NCBI GenBank assembly: GCA_963705305.1
Contig: OY970067.1
Span: 1,984,001-2,048,000 of the forward strand
Length of the DNA stretch: 64,000 nt
Direction of reading: 5' to 3'
Source of the DNA: an uncultured Methylomirabilota bacterium
GTDB lineage: Bacteria > Methylomirabilota > Methylomirabilia > Methylomirabilales > 2-02-FULL-66-22
Position 1 is the stretch's first letter; every line of letters starts with the position of its first letter. This document shows, in pieces, positions 19,124-28,969 of this stretch. A program made the translations under genes and the position numbers. The notes under the pieces are model-generated. The model was given only the letters and a program-made list of their open reading frames with translations. It did no database searches and was not told the origin of the DNA.

Positions 19124-19903
19124 ATGGCCGCACTGCAGGATCGAGTCGCCCTGGTCACGGGGGCCAGCCGGGGAATCGGCATGGCCGTCGCCAAGGCCCT
19201 GGCATCCGCGGGGGCCGCGGTTGCCATCTGCGCCCGGGATGTCGAGGCGGCGCGCCGTGCGGCCGACGAGATCTCGCCGGGCGGCGGGCGGGTCCTGGCC
19301 TTCGCGGCGGACGTGCTGCAGGCCGCGGACGTCCGGAACATGGTCCAGGGGATCGTGGGGCACTGGGGGCAGATCCACATCCTGGTCAACAACGCCGGCA
19401 TGAATGCGCGCATCCCCATCGATGCCGAGGAGGACGACCGCTGGCTGCAGGTGCTGCATACCAACGTGCTGGGGACCTACCGCGTCACCCGGGAGACGCT
19501 GCGCTGGATGCCTGCGCACGGCGGCGGCCGCATCATCAACATCTCGTCGGTCCTGGGTCGATTCGGGGTCCCCGGCTACACCGCCTACTGCACGGCCAAG
19601 CACGGGATCATCGGGTTCACGCGCGCCCTGGCGCTGGAGGTGGTGGACCGCGGCATCACGGTCAACGCCGTCTGCCCGGGGTGGGTGGAAACCGAGATGG
19701 CGGCCCGCGGCATGGCCGAGACAGCCGTGGCCATGGGGATCACCGCGGAGGAATTCCGCCGGCAGGCGCTGGCCGCGGTGCCCATCCGGCGGATGCTAGA
19801 GCCGAAAGAGATCGCCGACCTGGTCGTCTATCTCGCCTCGGACGCGTCCGCCGGGATGACGGGCCAGGCTGTCAATCTTTGCGGTGGGCAGGTCATGTTC
19901 TGA
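19124..19903 (+). CDS. Short-chain dehydrogenase/reductase
   Basis: TGASRGIG, NNAG and YCTAK motifs; AGGAGG RBS. Confidence 0.92.
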   Translation: MAALQDRVALVTGASRGIGMAVAKALASAGAAVAICARDVEAARRAADEISPGGGRVLAFAADVLQAADVRNMVQGIVGHWGQIHILVNNAGMNARIPIDAEEDDRWLQVLHTNVLGTYRVTRETLRWMPAHGGGRIINISSVLGRFGVPGYTAYCTAKHGIIGFTRALALEVVDRGITVNAVCPGWVETEMAARGMAETAVAMGITAEEFRRQALAAVPIRRMLEPKEIADLVVYLASDASAGMTGQAVNLCGGQVMF

Positions 19904-19942
19904 CCGCCCACCGTGGCTCTGCGGCGGACAGGTGATGTCGTG

Positions 19943-21082
19943 ATGGACGAGTCGCACGCCATGGATCGCGAAGGAAAGCCGGTAGCAGCGGCGAGCCCCT
20001 TTGCGCAAGCCGAGGGGGCTGCGGGGGCCACCTGGGGTGTCCGTTTTGGCATGCGCTTGCCCGAAGACTACGGCGACCCGGCCGGGGAGTATGGGGCGGT
20101 CCGGAGCGGCGTGGGCCTGGTGGACCTGTCCTTCCGCGGACTGTTGCAGGTGACGGGCAGCGAACGTCTCCGCTGGCTGAACGGCCAGGTCACCAACGAC
20201 GTGGCCAGGCTGCAAGCCGGTGAAGGCAAGCCGGCCGCCGTCCTGACCGCCAAGGGGCATATCCTGTCCGACCTGGCGGTGTATGGGCTGGCGGATTCGA
20301 TCTGGGTGGATCTGCCCAGGCAGCGTGAAGAGACCGTACGGGCCGCCTTCAATCGCCACATCATCGCCGACGACGTGACCGTCGAGGCGGCCGGCGCCCG
20401 CCTTGCCCACCTCATGCTGGCAGGCCCGGCCGCCGCCGGCCTCATGGCTCAGGCGGCGGGAGAGGCGGTGGCCGATCTTCCCGCCTGGCACCACCGAGAG
20501 GTCCGGCTGGGAGACGTCCCCGGCCGGGTCGCCGCCAGCCGGTGGCTGCAGCTCCCTACGTACGATGTGTGGATACCCGTCGACGCCGCCGGAACGGTCT
20601 GGGAGGCGCTGAGGCGTCTCGATATCGATGCCCGCCCGGTCGGGATGGCGGCCCTGGATGTCCTGCGCCTGGAGGCAGGCTGGCCGTGGTACGGGGTGGA
20701 TTTCGACGAGGGACATCTGCTGATGGAGGCCCTCACGCCGGCCCACGTGAGTTTCACCAAGGGCTGCTACGTCGGGCAAGAGGTCGTCATCCGCGTCGAG
20801 CATCAGGGCCACGTCAACCGGCGGCTGTGCGGCCTGGTCGTGGTGGGGGCGACTGCGCCGCCCTCCGGAGCGGACATCCTGGCGGACGATAAGAAGGTCG
20901 GCAGCGTGACCAGCGCCGGCCCGTCGCCCGCCCTGGGCCGGGTGATCGCCCTGGGGTTCATCCGGCGCGAATGCTCGGAGGCGGGGACGCGCCTCCGCAT
21001 CCGGGCCGGAGAGGAAGCTCTGGAGGCGGAGGTCGTTGCCCTGCCGTTCGTCCCCGCACCGGCCTGGCGGCCGGAGAGTTGA
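19943..21082 (+). CDS. ygfZ: YgfZ/GcvT-family folate-binding protein (Fe-S maturation factor-like)
   Basis: KGCYVGQE signature, LRLEAG and VDLS.RG. Confidence 0.8.
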   Translation: MDESHAMDREGKPVAAASPFAQAEGAAGATWGVRFGMRLPEDYGDPAGEYGAVRSGVGLVDLSFRGLLQVTGSERLRWLNGQVTNDVARLQAGEGKPAAVLTAKGHILSDLAVYGLADSIWVDLPRQREETVRAAFNRHIIADDVTVEAAGARLAHLMLAGPAAAGLMAQAAGEAVADLPAWHHREVRLGDVPGRVAASRWLQLPTYDVWIPVDAAGTVWEALRRLDIDARPVGMAALDVLRLEAGWPWYGVDFDEGHLLMEALTPAHVSFTKGCYVGQEVVIRVEHQGHVNRRLCGLVVVGATAPPSGADILADDKKVGSVTSAGPSPALGRVIALGFIRRECSEAGTRLRIRAGEEALEAEVVALPFVPAPAWRPES

Positions 21083-21208
21083 TCGCGCCATATCCCGCGG
21101 GTTTCCGATCGACAGACCGGACGGCTCGTCGTAAGCTAGGCAGGCAGATCTGCGGTCCGCCGACGATTGTCGTTGCGGCGGATCCGCCGTTGAGAGGCGA
21201 CGGCTGCA

Positions 21209-23065
21209 ATGTCGCGTGAACGACCGGTCAAGAATCGAACCGCCGGACCCACGGAGCGGAGCCTGGCGAGCCCGCCCCCGAACAAGATGACTCGGGCGAT
21301 CGTGGCGCGCCTGCGCGCGCACGGCGAGGCCGTGCGTCGGGCCTGGAAAGCCGAGATGGCTGCCCGCCGCCTGCTGCAGCGGCTCACTCCGGAGGAGGCC
21401 GAGGCGGAGTCCGCCGCGATCTATGACGTGCTGATGGAATGCCTGGAGACCGGCCGGTACCACAGCGCGCAGGCGTACGCCGAAGAAGTGGCCGAGCGGG
21501 ATGTCTTCCGCGGCATCGGGGCCAAGCAGGTTATCGGGCGGCTGCTGGTGTTGCGGGACGTGTGCAGCCGGTTCATCTGCCTGGACTGCGAGCGGCACGG
21601 CGCCGACCAGGCCTGTGCGCTGGATGTCTATGAACCGGTGGCCAACCGGATTCTGACCATCGTGGCCATGGCCTTCGTACAAGAGCGGGAGCGGGCCGTG
21701 GGTCGAGGCCGGGAGCAGCTCGGCGCCCTGGTGGAGGCCGGGCTGGTCCTGGCGGCGGAGCGTTCCCTCACGTCCGTCCTCCAGCGCATCGTCGAGCTGG
21801 CCTGCCGGCTCCTGCATGCCACCTACGGGGCGCTGGGCGTCCTGGACGCGAACGGCCTCCTGGAGCAGTTCGTCTCGACCGGCCTCGATGAGGCGACGCG
21901 GGCGCGCATCGGCCCGCTTCCCACCGGCCAGGGGATCCTGGGCATCGTCGTCCGCGAGGCGCGGCCGCTGCGCCTTCGTGACCTGACGGGGGATCCTCGC
22001 GCCACCGGGTTCCCCCCGCACCATCCTCCCATGCGCTCCTTCCTGGGCGTGCCCATCATGTCCAAAGGCCGGGTCTTCGGGAACCTGTACGTGACGGACA
22101 AGCAGGGCGCGGAAGAATTCACCAAGGAGGACGAGCAGCTGGCGGTGACCCTGGCGGCGCAGGCGGCCATCGCCATCGAGAACGCCAGCCTCTACGACAA
22201 GCTGCGTCGCTCGTACGAGGAGCTGAAACAATCGCAGGACCTCTTGGTGCGTCAGGAGAAGCTGGCGTCCCTGGGTCGGCTGGCGGCGGGCCTGGCCCAC
22301 GAGCTGAACAACCCGCTGTCGTCGGTGGCCGGATTCGCCGAGGCCTTGCAGCGGCGCATGTCCGAGGGCGGAGGGCTCGACGCGTCCGGGTCCGGGGAGT
22401 GCCGGGAATACCTGGACATGATTCAGTCCGAGGTCGCCCGCGCCGCGGGGATCGTCCGGCGGCTCCTCGATTTCGCTCGCCAGCGCGAGCCCAGCTTCGG
22501 CCCCGTGAACCTTCTCCAGGTGGTGCGAGAAGCCGTCTCGTTCGCAGAACGCCAGGCCAGCCTCGCCAACCGGCAGATCCAGGTGGAGTCGTTCCCGGAG
22601 ACCTACGAGGTCCTGGGGGACGACCAGATGCTCCAGCAGGTGGTCCTCAACCTTCTCACCAACGCTCTGGACGCCATCGAGGGCGGGGGAATGATTCAGG
22701 TCAGCGCCCGCCTGGCGCCGGCAGAGCACCCTGGCACCCAGGCAGCTCGGCATGCGGGCGAGAGGTCCTCTCAGGATGCCGGGCCATCGGATCTCCTGAT
22801 TACCGAACCCACAGCCTGGGTGGACTTGGTCGTGTCGGATACCGGCAGCGGGATCGCCCCGGAGAATCTCAACAAGGTCATGGACCCGTTTTTCACCACC
22901 AAGGAAGTTGGGAAAGGGACCGGTCTCGGTCTGGCCATCTGCCAGAGCATCGTGGAGCAACACGGCGGTCGCCTCTCCGTCTGGAGCAAGGGCCTGGGAG
23001 AAGGCACGGCGGTCACCGTCCGACTGCCGCTCGTGTTCTCCGCCGGCCACGGAGGGCAGATGTGA
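21209..23065 (+). CDS. Sensor histidine kinase: RsbR-like N-terminal helical domain, DosS/DevS-like GAF, HisKA and HATPase
   Basis: GAF with YGALGV, GFPPHHPPMRSFLGVP and GNLY; H-box AHELNNPL; NALDA, DTGSG and PFFTTKEVGKGTGLGL; start may be at 21287. Confidence 0.9.
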   Translation: MSRERPVKNRTAGPTERSLASPPPNKMTRAIVARLRAHGEAVRRAWKAEMAARRLLQRLTPEEAEAESAAIYDVLMECLETGRYHSAQAYAEEVAERDVFRGIGAKQVIGRLLVLRDVCSRFICLDCERHGADQACALDVYEPVANRILTIVAMAFVQERERAVGRGREQLGALVEAGLVLAAERSLTSVLQRIVELACRLLHATYGALGVLDANGLLEQFVSTGLDEATRARIGPLPTGQGILGIVVREARPLRLRDLTGDPRATGFPPHHPPMRSFLGVPIMSKGRVFGNLYVTDKQGAEEFTKEDEQLAVTLAAQAAIAIENASLYDKLRRSYEELKQSQDLLVRQEKLASLGRLAAGLAHELNNPLSSVAGFAEALQRRMSEGGGLDASGSGECREYLDMIQSEVARAAGIVRRLLDFARQREPSFGPVNLLQVVREAVSFAERQASLANRQIQVESFPETYEVLGDDQMLQQVVLNLLTNALDAIEGGGMIQVSARLAPAEHPGTQAARHAGERSSQDAGPSDLLITEPTAWVDLVVSDTGSGIAPENLNKVMDPFFTTKEVGKGTGLGLAICQSIVEQHGGRLSVWSKGLGEGTAVTVRLPLVFSAGHGGQM

Positions 23066-23066
23066 G

Positions 23067-24449
23067 ATGAATCAAGACCATCCGCAGGGAGAACCCATCC
23101 GGGTGCTGGTCGTGGACGACGAGCGCCCCATCCGCTTCCTTCTGGAGAAGGAGCTCCCGCGAGCCGGCTGCGCCGTCACGGTCGCCGAGAGCGGCGAGGG
23201 AGCTCTGGAGCAGCTCCGCGCCCAGGACTTCAACGTCGTCCTGCTGGATCTGAAGATGCCCGGAATCGGCGGCATGGAGGCGCTCCGCCGGGTGCGGGAG
23301 TCCGGGGTGTCGGCTGAGGTCGTGGTCCTCACCGGGCATCCGGACGTGTCCAGCGCCATCGAGGCGATGAAGCTGGGCGCGTATGACTACCTCACCAAGC
23401 CCTTCAAGCTGGCCGAGGTGGAGGTGGTGCTGCGCCGGGCGGCGGAGCGAAAGCGGCTGCAGAAAGAGAATGCGGCCCTGCGGCAGATGGTGGCCCAGCG
23501 AGAGATTTCGCCCCCCATCCAAGGACGGAGCCCGGCGATCGCCGCGATCCTCGAAATCGTGGAACGGGTTGCACCCACCGACGCCAGCATTCTCATCGAG
23601 GGGGAGAGCGGCACCGGGAAAGGACTGGTGGCGCAGGCCATCCACCGGGGAAGCGCCCGGGCCGGCGGACCGTTTCTCGCCATCAATTGCGGAGGCTTCC
23701 AGGACCCGTTGCTGGAGAGCGAGCTGTTCGGCCACGAAAAGGGCGCGTTCACGGGGGCTTCCAGCGCCAAAGAGGGACTGTTCGAGGTGGCCGATGGTGG
23801 GACGCTGTTCCTGGACGAGGTGGGGGAGATGAGCCCCGCGATGCAGGCCAAGCTGCTCCAGGTCCTGGACTCGCGGCAGCTGCGCCGGGTCGGGGGAACG
23901 CGGCTGCATCGCGTCGATGTTCGCATCGTGGCGGCGACGAACAAGACGCTGGCGGAGGAGGTCCGTGAAGGCCGCTTTCGGGAGGACCTGTATTATCGGT
24001 TGAACGTTGTCAACCTCGTCGTGCCGCCGTTGCGTGAGCGGAAAGAAGATATCCCCCTGCTGGCGGAGCACTTCCTGGCCGCCATGCAGGTCAGCGGTCG
24101 GAAAGCCAAGGGGGTCTCCCCCGAGGCCATGCGGTGCCTGGCGGATTACAGCTGGCCGGGAAACGTCCGCGAACTGGCGAACATGATCGAGCGGCTGATC
24201 ATCCTGACCCGCGGCCAGGTCATCGAGGTCAAGGACCTCCCGCCAACCCTGCGGGGAGGCGCGTCGGCGGCGCCGGCCGCCACCGCCATGCCGGTCTCGC
24301 TCTCGGATATGGAACGGCTGCACATCGCCAGGATCCTGGCGGAGACGGGCGGGAAGAAGATGCGGGCCGCTCGACTGCTCGGCATCGACCTCAAGACCCT
24401 CAATAAGAAGATCAAAGACTACGGGATCCCCCTTCCACCGGCCTCCTAA
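23067..24449 (+). CDS. NtrC-family sigma-54-dependent response regulator (REC-AAA+-Fis HTH)
   Basis: VVDDE, LDLKMPG, KPF; GESGTGK, GAFTGA, FLDEV, WPGNVREL; C-terminal HTH. Confidence 0.95.
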   Translation: MNQDHPQGEPIRVLVVDDERPIRFLLEKELPRAGCAVTVAESGEGALEQLRAQDFNVVLLDLKMPGIGGMEALRRVRESGVSAEVVVLTGHPDVSSAIEAMKLGAYDYLTKPFKLAEVEVVLRRAAERKRLQKENAALRQMVAQREISPPIQGRSPAIAAILEIVERVAPTDASILIEGESGTGKGLVAQAIHRGSARAGGPFLAINCGGFQDPLLESELFGHEKGAFTGASSAKEGLFEVADGGTLFLDEVGEMSPAMQAKLLQVLDSRQLRRVGGTRLHRVDVRIVAATNKTLAEEVREGRFREDLYYRLNVVNLVVPPLRERKEDIPLLAEHFLAAMQVSGRKAKGVSPEAMRCLADYSWPGNVRELANMIERLIILTRGQVIEVKDLPPTLRGGASAAPAATAMPVSLSDMERLHIARILAETGGKKMRAARLLGIDLKTLNKKIKDYGIPLPPAS

Positions 24450-24628
24450 CAGACTGCTGAAAAAGGCCCATCTGCCGGGTACCCATCTGATGGGTGCCCA
24501 GCCTTCGGACGGGTGCCCCCGCGCTCCCGCGGCGCTGCGACGTACGTGTAAGTACGTCTCGCGCGCCGCCTTGCATCCGGGCCTTTTTCAGCAGCCTGAG
24601 CGAAAACGAGTTTTTCAGCACCCTGCTA
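24450..24628. mobile_element. MITE-like non-autonomous element with terminal inverted repeats
   Basis: cagactgctgaaaaaggcc (24450-24468) versus ggcctttttcagcagcctg (24580-24598), 18/19 inverted match; a second right end tttttcagcaccctg at 24611-24625; no transposase. Confidence 0.65.
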
Positions 24629-24663
24629 CGCTCTTTGATTCGTCAATTCGATCTGGATGGCTT

Positions 24664-24699
24664 CCCCGGAGAAACTCCCGCCCCCCCGGAGAAACTCCC
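24664..24699 (+). promoter_or_regulatory. Tandem enhancer (UAS)-like sites
   Basis: Two identical 16-mers ccccGGAGaaaCTCCc with a 20-bp period, each a GGAG-N3-CTCC palindrome, about 100-140 bp upstream of the sigma-54 motif. Confidence 0.7.
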
Positions 24700-24760
24700 A
24701 CCGTTCTTGGATGCTCAAGATTGAATAATTTCTGTGGTTAAGTACTTACTACATAAATTA

Positions 24761-24773
24761 TTTCAATTAGTTA
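24761..24773 (+). promoter_or_regulatory. IHF-like site within an AT-rich spacer
   Basis: TTTCAATTAGTTA versus WATCAANNNNTTR (one mismatch), preceded by an AT tract. Confidence 0.55.
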
Positions 24774-24800
24774 TATACATTTGAGAGAATGACGATAGAA

Positions 24801-24817
24801 TTGGTACGGGTGTTGCT
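24801..24817 (+). promoter_or_regulatory. Sigma-54 (-24/-12) promoter
   Basis: TTGGTACGGGTGTTGCT: GG-N10-GC, one mismatch to TGGCAC-N5-TTGCW. Confidence 0.8.
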
Positions 24818-24854
24818 TCTCTCTAGAAATGGAAGCTAACCGCGCAGAGAGGAA

Positions 24855-25307
24855 ATGAAGGATATGCAGATCGTTGTCTGCTCCGGAAATCCGAGGGTCA
24901 TTGCGATCATCGAAGGACTGTTCGGAATCGAGGATCGGATCACGGTCTGTGAGTCCGGCCTGGAATTGCTGGGGACGGTCCGCGCAGTATCCTCCGACGT
25001 GGTGATCCTGGATCTGGAGACGCCGGGGCTGAACAGCCTCTTCTTGGTCTCCGCCATTCAGGAGTTGGCTCCACAGGTACCGATTGTGGCCGTCTCCATG
25101 CAGGCGCCGGCCGACCTTCGGGCCCTGACGCAAAAGGGGGTCACCTACGCCGCACTCGCCCCAGACGCCGACGATGGGGCGTCGGCGGCGCTGGCCGAGC
25201 TGGTGCGGGCCGCGTGCCCTACGCACGCCGTGGAGGCCGGATCAGGATCGAGCCGACGAATCCGACCGGTGCGGAGCGTCGTGGGCGCCGGGCGTCATAT
25301 CGACTGA
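24855..25307 (+). CDS. Stand-alone atypical receiver-domain protein
   Basis: DVVILDLETPG retains the phospho-Asp; the N-terminal acidic pair is replaced (VVCSG) and no conserved KP is seen. Confidence 0.7.
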   Translation: MKDMQIVVCSGNPRVIAIIEGLFGIEDRITVCESGLELLGTVRAVSSDVVILDLETPGLNSLFLVSAIQELAPQVPIVAVSMQAPADLRALTQKGVTYAALAPDADDGASAALAELVRAACPTHAVEAGSGSSRRIRPVRSVVGAGRHID

Positions 25308-25325
25308 GCACGCAAGGGAGAGACT

Positions 25326-26783
<1,458 letters not shown>

Positions 26784-26817
26784 TCCTCTTCTGTGTTCGT
26801 CTGACGAAAGGTGAGCC

Positions 26818-27588
26818 ATGCTAGAGATCAAGAACCTGCACGCAAAGGTGAACGGCCGGGAGATCCTCAAAGGGGTGAGCCTTACGATCAAGGCCGGCGA
26901 GGTCCACTCCATCATGGGGCCGAACGGCTCGGGAAAGAGCACCCTGGCCCAGGTCCTGGCCGGACGCGAGATCTACGAGGTGACCGAAGGGGAGGTGCTC
27001 TACCAGGGGAGGAGCCTCTTGGACATGGCGCCGGAGGAGCGGGCCTGCGAGGGGCTCTTCATGGCCTTCCAGTATCCGGTGGAGATCCCGGGGGTCAACA
27101 ACACCTACTTCCTGAAGGCCGCGCTCAACGCCGCCCGGAAGTACCGCGGCCAGGACGAGCTGGACGCCATGGACTTCCTGGCGCTGGTCAAGGACAAGAT
27201 GAAGCTCTTGGAGATGGACGACCGGCTGCTGAACCGGGCGGTCAACGAAGGCTTCTCGGGCGGGGAGAAGAAGCGGAACGAGATCTTCCAGATGGCCGTC
27301 CTCCAGCCCAAGCTGGCCATCCTGGACGAGACCGACTCGGGACTGGATATCGACGCCTTGCGGATCGTGGCCAGCGGGGTCAATTTCCTGCGGGATCCTC
27401 AGCGGGCCATCCTGGTCGTGACCCACTACCAGCGGCTGCTCAACTACATCGTCCCGGACTTCGTGCATGTCCTGGTGGACGGGCGGATCGTCAAGTCCGG
27501 AGACAAGGGGCTGGCCCTGGAGCTGGAAGAGAAGGGCTACGCCTGGGTGGAGCAGGAGGCCCGGACCGCCGTGCTGGCCAACGCGTAA
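26818..27588 (+). CDS. sufC: Fe-S cluster assembly ATPase SufC
   Basis: GPNGSGKS, FQYPVEIPGV, FSGGEKKRNE and LDETDSGLD motifs. Confidence 0.98.
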   Translation: MLEIKNLHAKVNGREILKGVSLTIKAGEVHSIMGPNGSGKSTLAQVLAGREIYEVTEGEVLYQGRSLLDMAPEERACEGLFMAFQYPVEIPGVNNTYFLKAALNAARKYRGQDELDAMDFLALVKDKMKLLEMDDRLLNRAVNEGFSGGEKKRNEIFQMAVLQPKLAILDETDSGLDIDALRIVASGVNFLRDPQRAILVVTHYQRLLNYIVPDFVHVLVDGRIVKSGDKGLALELEEKGYAWVEQEARTAVLANA

Positions 27589-27607
27589 CCGAAAGGACAC
27601 AGGGGTC

Positions 27608-28969
27608 ATGGCAGCCACACTCGCCCGCAAAGGGCAGACTGATATCTCGCGGTATGTGGAGAGCTTCGCGCGGTTCGAGGAGCGCATGACGGGGGACAGC
27701 CAGGCATGGCTGAAGCCGCTGCGGCGCGCCGGACTGGACCGCTTCACCGTGCTGGGATTCCCCACGGCGCGGGACGAAGACTGGCGCTTCACCAATCTGA
27801 CGCCGCTCATCCAGACGGCCTTCCGGCCGGCCTGGGACCGGCGCAGCGTTCCCGCGGCGGAGGCCCTCGCCCGCTTCGCGATTCCCGGCCTCACCGGCTG
27901 CCGACTGGTCTTCGTGGACGGCCGGTATGCGCCGTCCCTCTCGTCCCTGGCCGCCATCCCCCCGGGAGTGCAGATCGGCAGCTTGGCGGACGCGCCGGCC
28001 GGAGACGTCCGGGAGGCGATCCGGTTCCATCTGGGGCAGTATGTGGACGCGCACGGCGACCCCTTCTCCGCCCTGAACTCCGCCTTTCTGGAAGACGGGG
28101 CGCTCGTGCTCGTTCCCCGCGGCGTGGTGGTGTCCGAGCCGATTCACCTGCTCTACGTCTCCACGGCGGGGCCCGAGCCCACGATCACCCATCCCCGCAC
28201 CCTGGTCGTGTCGGGCGAGAACTGCCAGGCCACCATCCTGGAGGACTTCGTCTCGCTGGGCGAGGGGGTACACTTCTCGAACGCGGTCTCCGAGGTGGTG
28301 GCAGGGGACCACAGCGTGCTGGCTCATTATTTCATCCAGCGGGAGAATCCCCGCGCGTTCCACATCTCCACCCTGCGGGTCCAGCAGGAGGGGAGCAGCA
28401 GCGTCACCACCCACTCGGTCCTGCTGGGCGGGGCCCTCACGCGGCGCAACGTGCATCCGGTCCTGGCCGGGGAGGGGGCGGAGTGCCTGATCAACGGCCT
28501 GTTCATGCCGACCGGGCGCCAGCACATGGACAACTACATGAAGGTGGAGCACACCAAGCCGCACTGCTCCAGCCGGCAGTTCTACAAGGGCATCCTGGAC
28601 GGTCAGGCCCGAGGGGTCTTCCACGGCCGGATTATCGTGCACAAGGACGCCCAGAAGACGGATGCCAAGCAGACCAACATGAATCTGCTCCTGTCGGAGG
28701 ATGCCCAGATCGATACCAAGCCCCAGCTGGAAATCTACGCCGACGACGTGAAGTGCACTCATGGCGCGACGATCGGCCAGATAGACGACGACGCAATCTT
28801 CTACCTGCGTTCCCGCGGTATCGGCGAGGCTGCGGCCCGCGCGCTGCTGCTGTTTGCCTTCGCCGGGGAGAGCCTCCAGCGCATGACGGTCGAGCCGATC
28901 CGCCGCCACCTGGAGATGCTGGTCAAGCAGTGGATGTCCCACGGCGATCTCGTGGAGGGAGTGCGATGA
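27608..28969 (+). CDS. sufD: Fe-S cluster assembly protein SufD
   Basis: EDWRFT, AQKTDAKQ, KPQLEIYADDVKCTHGAT and FYLRSRG motifs. Confidence 0.96.
   Translation: MAATLARKGQTDISRYVESFARFEERMTGDSQAWLKPLRRAGLDRFTVLGFPTARDEDWRFTNLTPLIQTAFRPAWDRRSVPAAEALARFAIPGLTGCRLVFVDGRYAPSLSSLAAIPPGVQIGSLADAPAGDVREAIRFHLGQYVDAHGDPFSALNSAFLEDGALVLVPRGVVVSEPIHLLYVSTAGPEPTITHPRTLVVSGENCQATILEDFVSLGEGVHFSNAVSEVVAGDHSVLAHYFIQRENPRAFHISTLRVQQEGSSSVTTHSVLLGGALTRRNVHPVLAGEGAECLINGLFMPTGRQHMDNYMKVEHTKPHCSSRQFYKGILDGQARGVFHGRIIVHKDAQKTDAKQTNMNLLLSEDAQIDTKPQLEIYADDVKCTHGATIGQIDDDAIFYLRSRGIGEAAARALLLFAFAGESLQRMTVEPIRRHLEMLVKQWMSHGDLVEGVR

Noticed and set aside
19796..23050. 1084-aa minus-strand ORF and similar long antisense ORFs (32086-33780, 56392-58539)
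   Set aside because: Shadow ORFs opposite well-supported genes, expected in high-GC DNA
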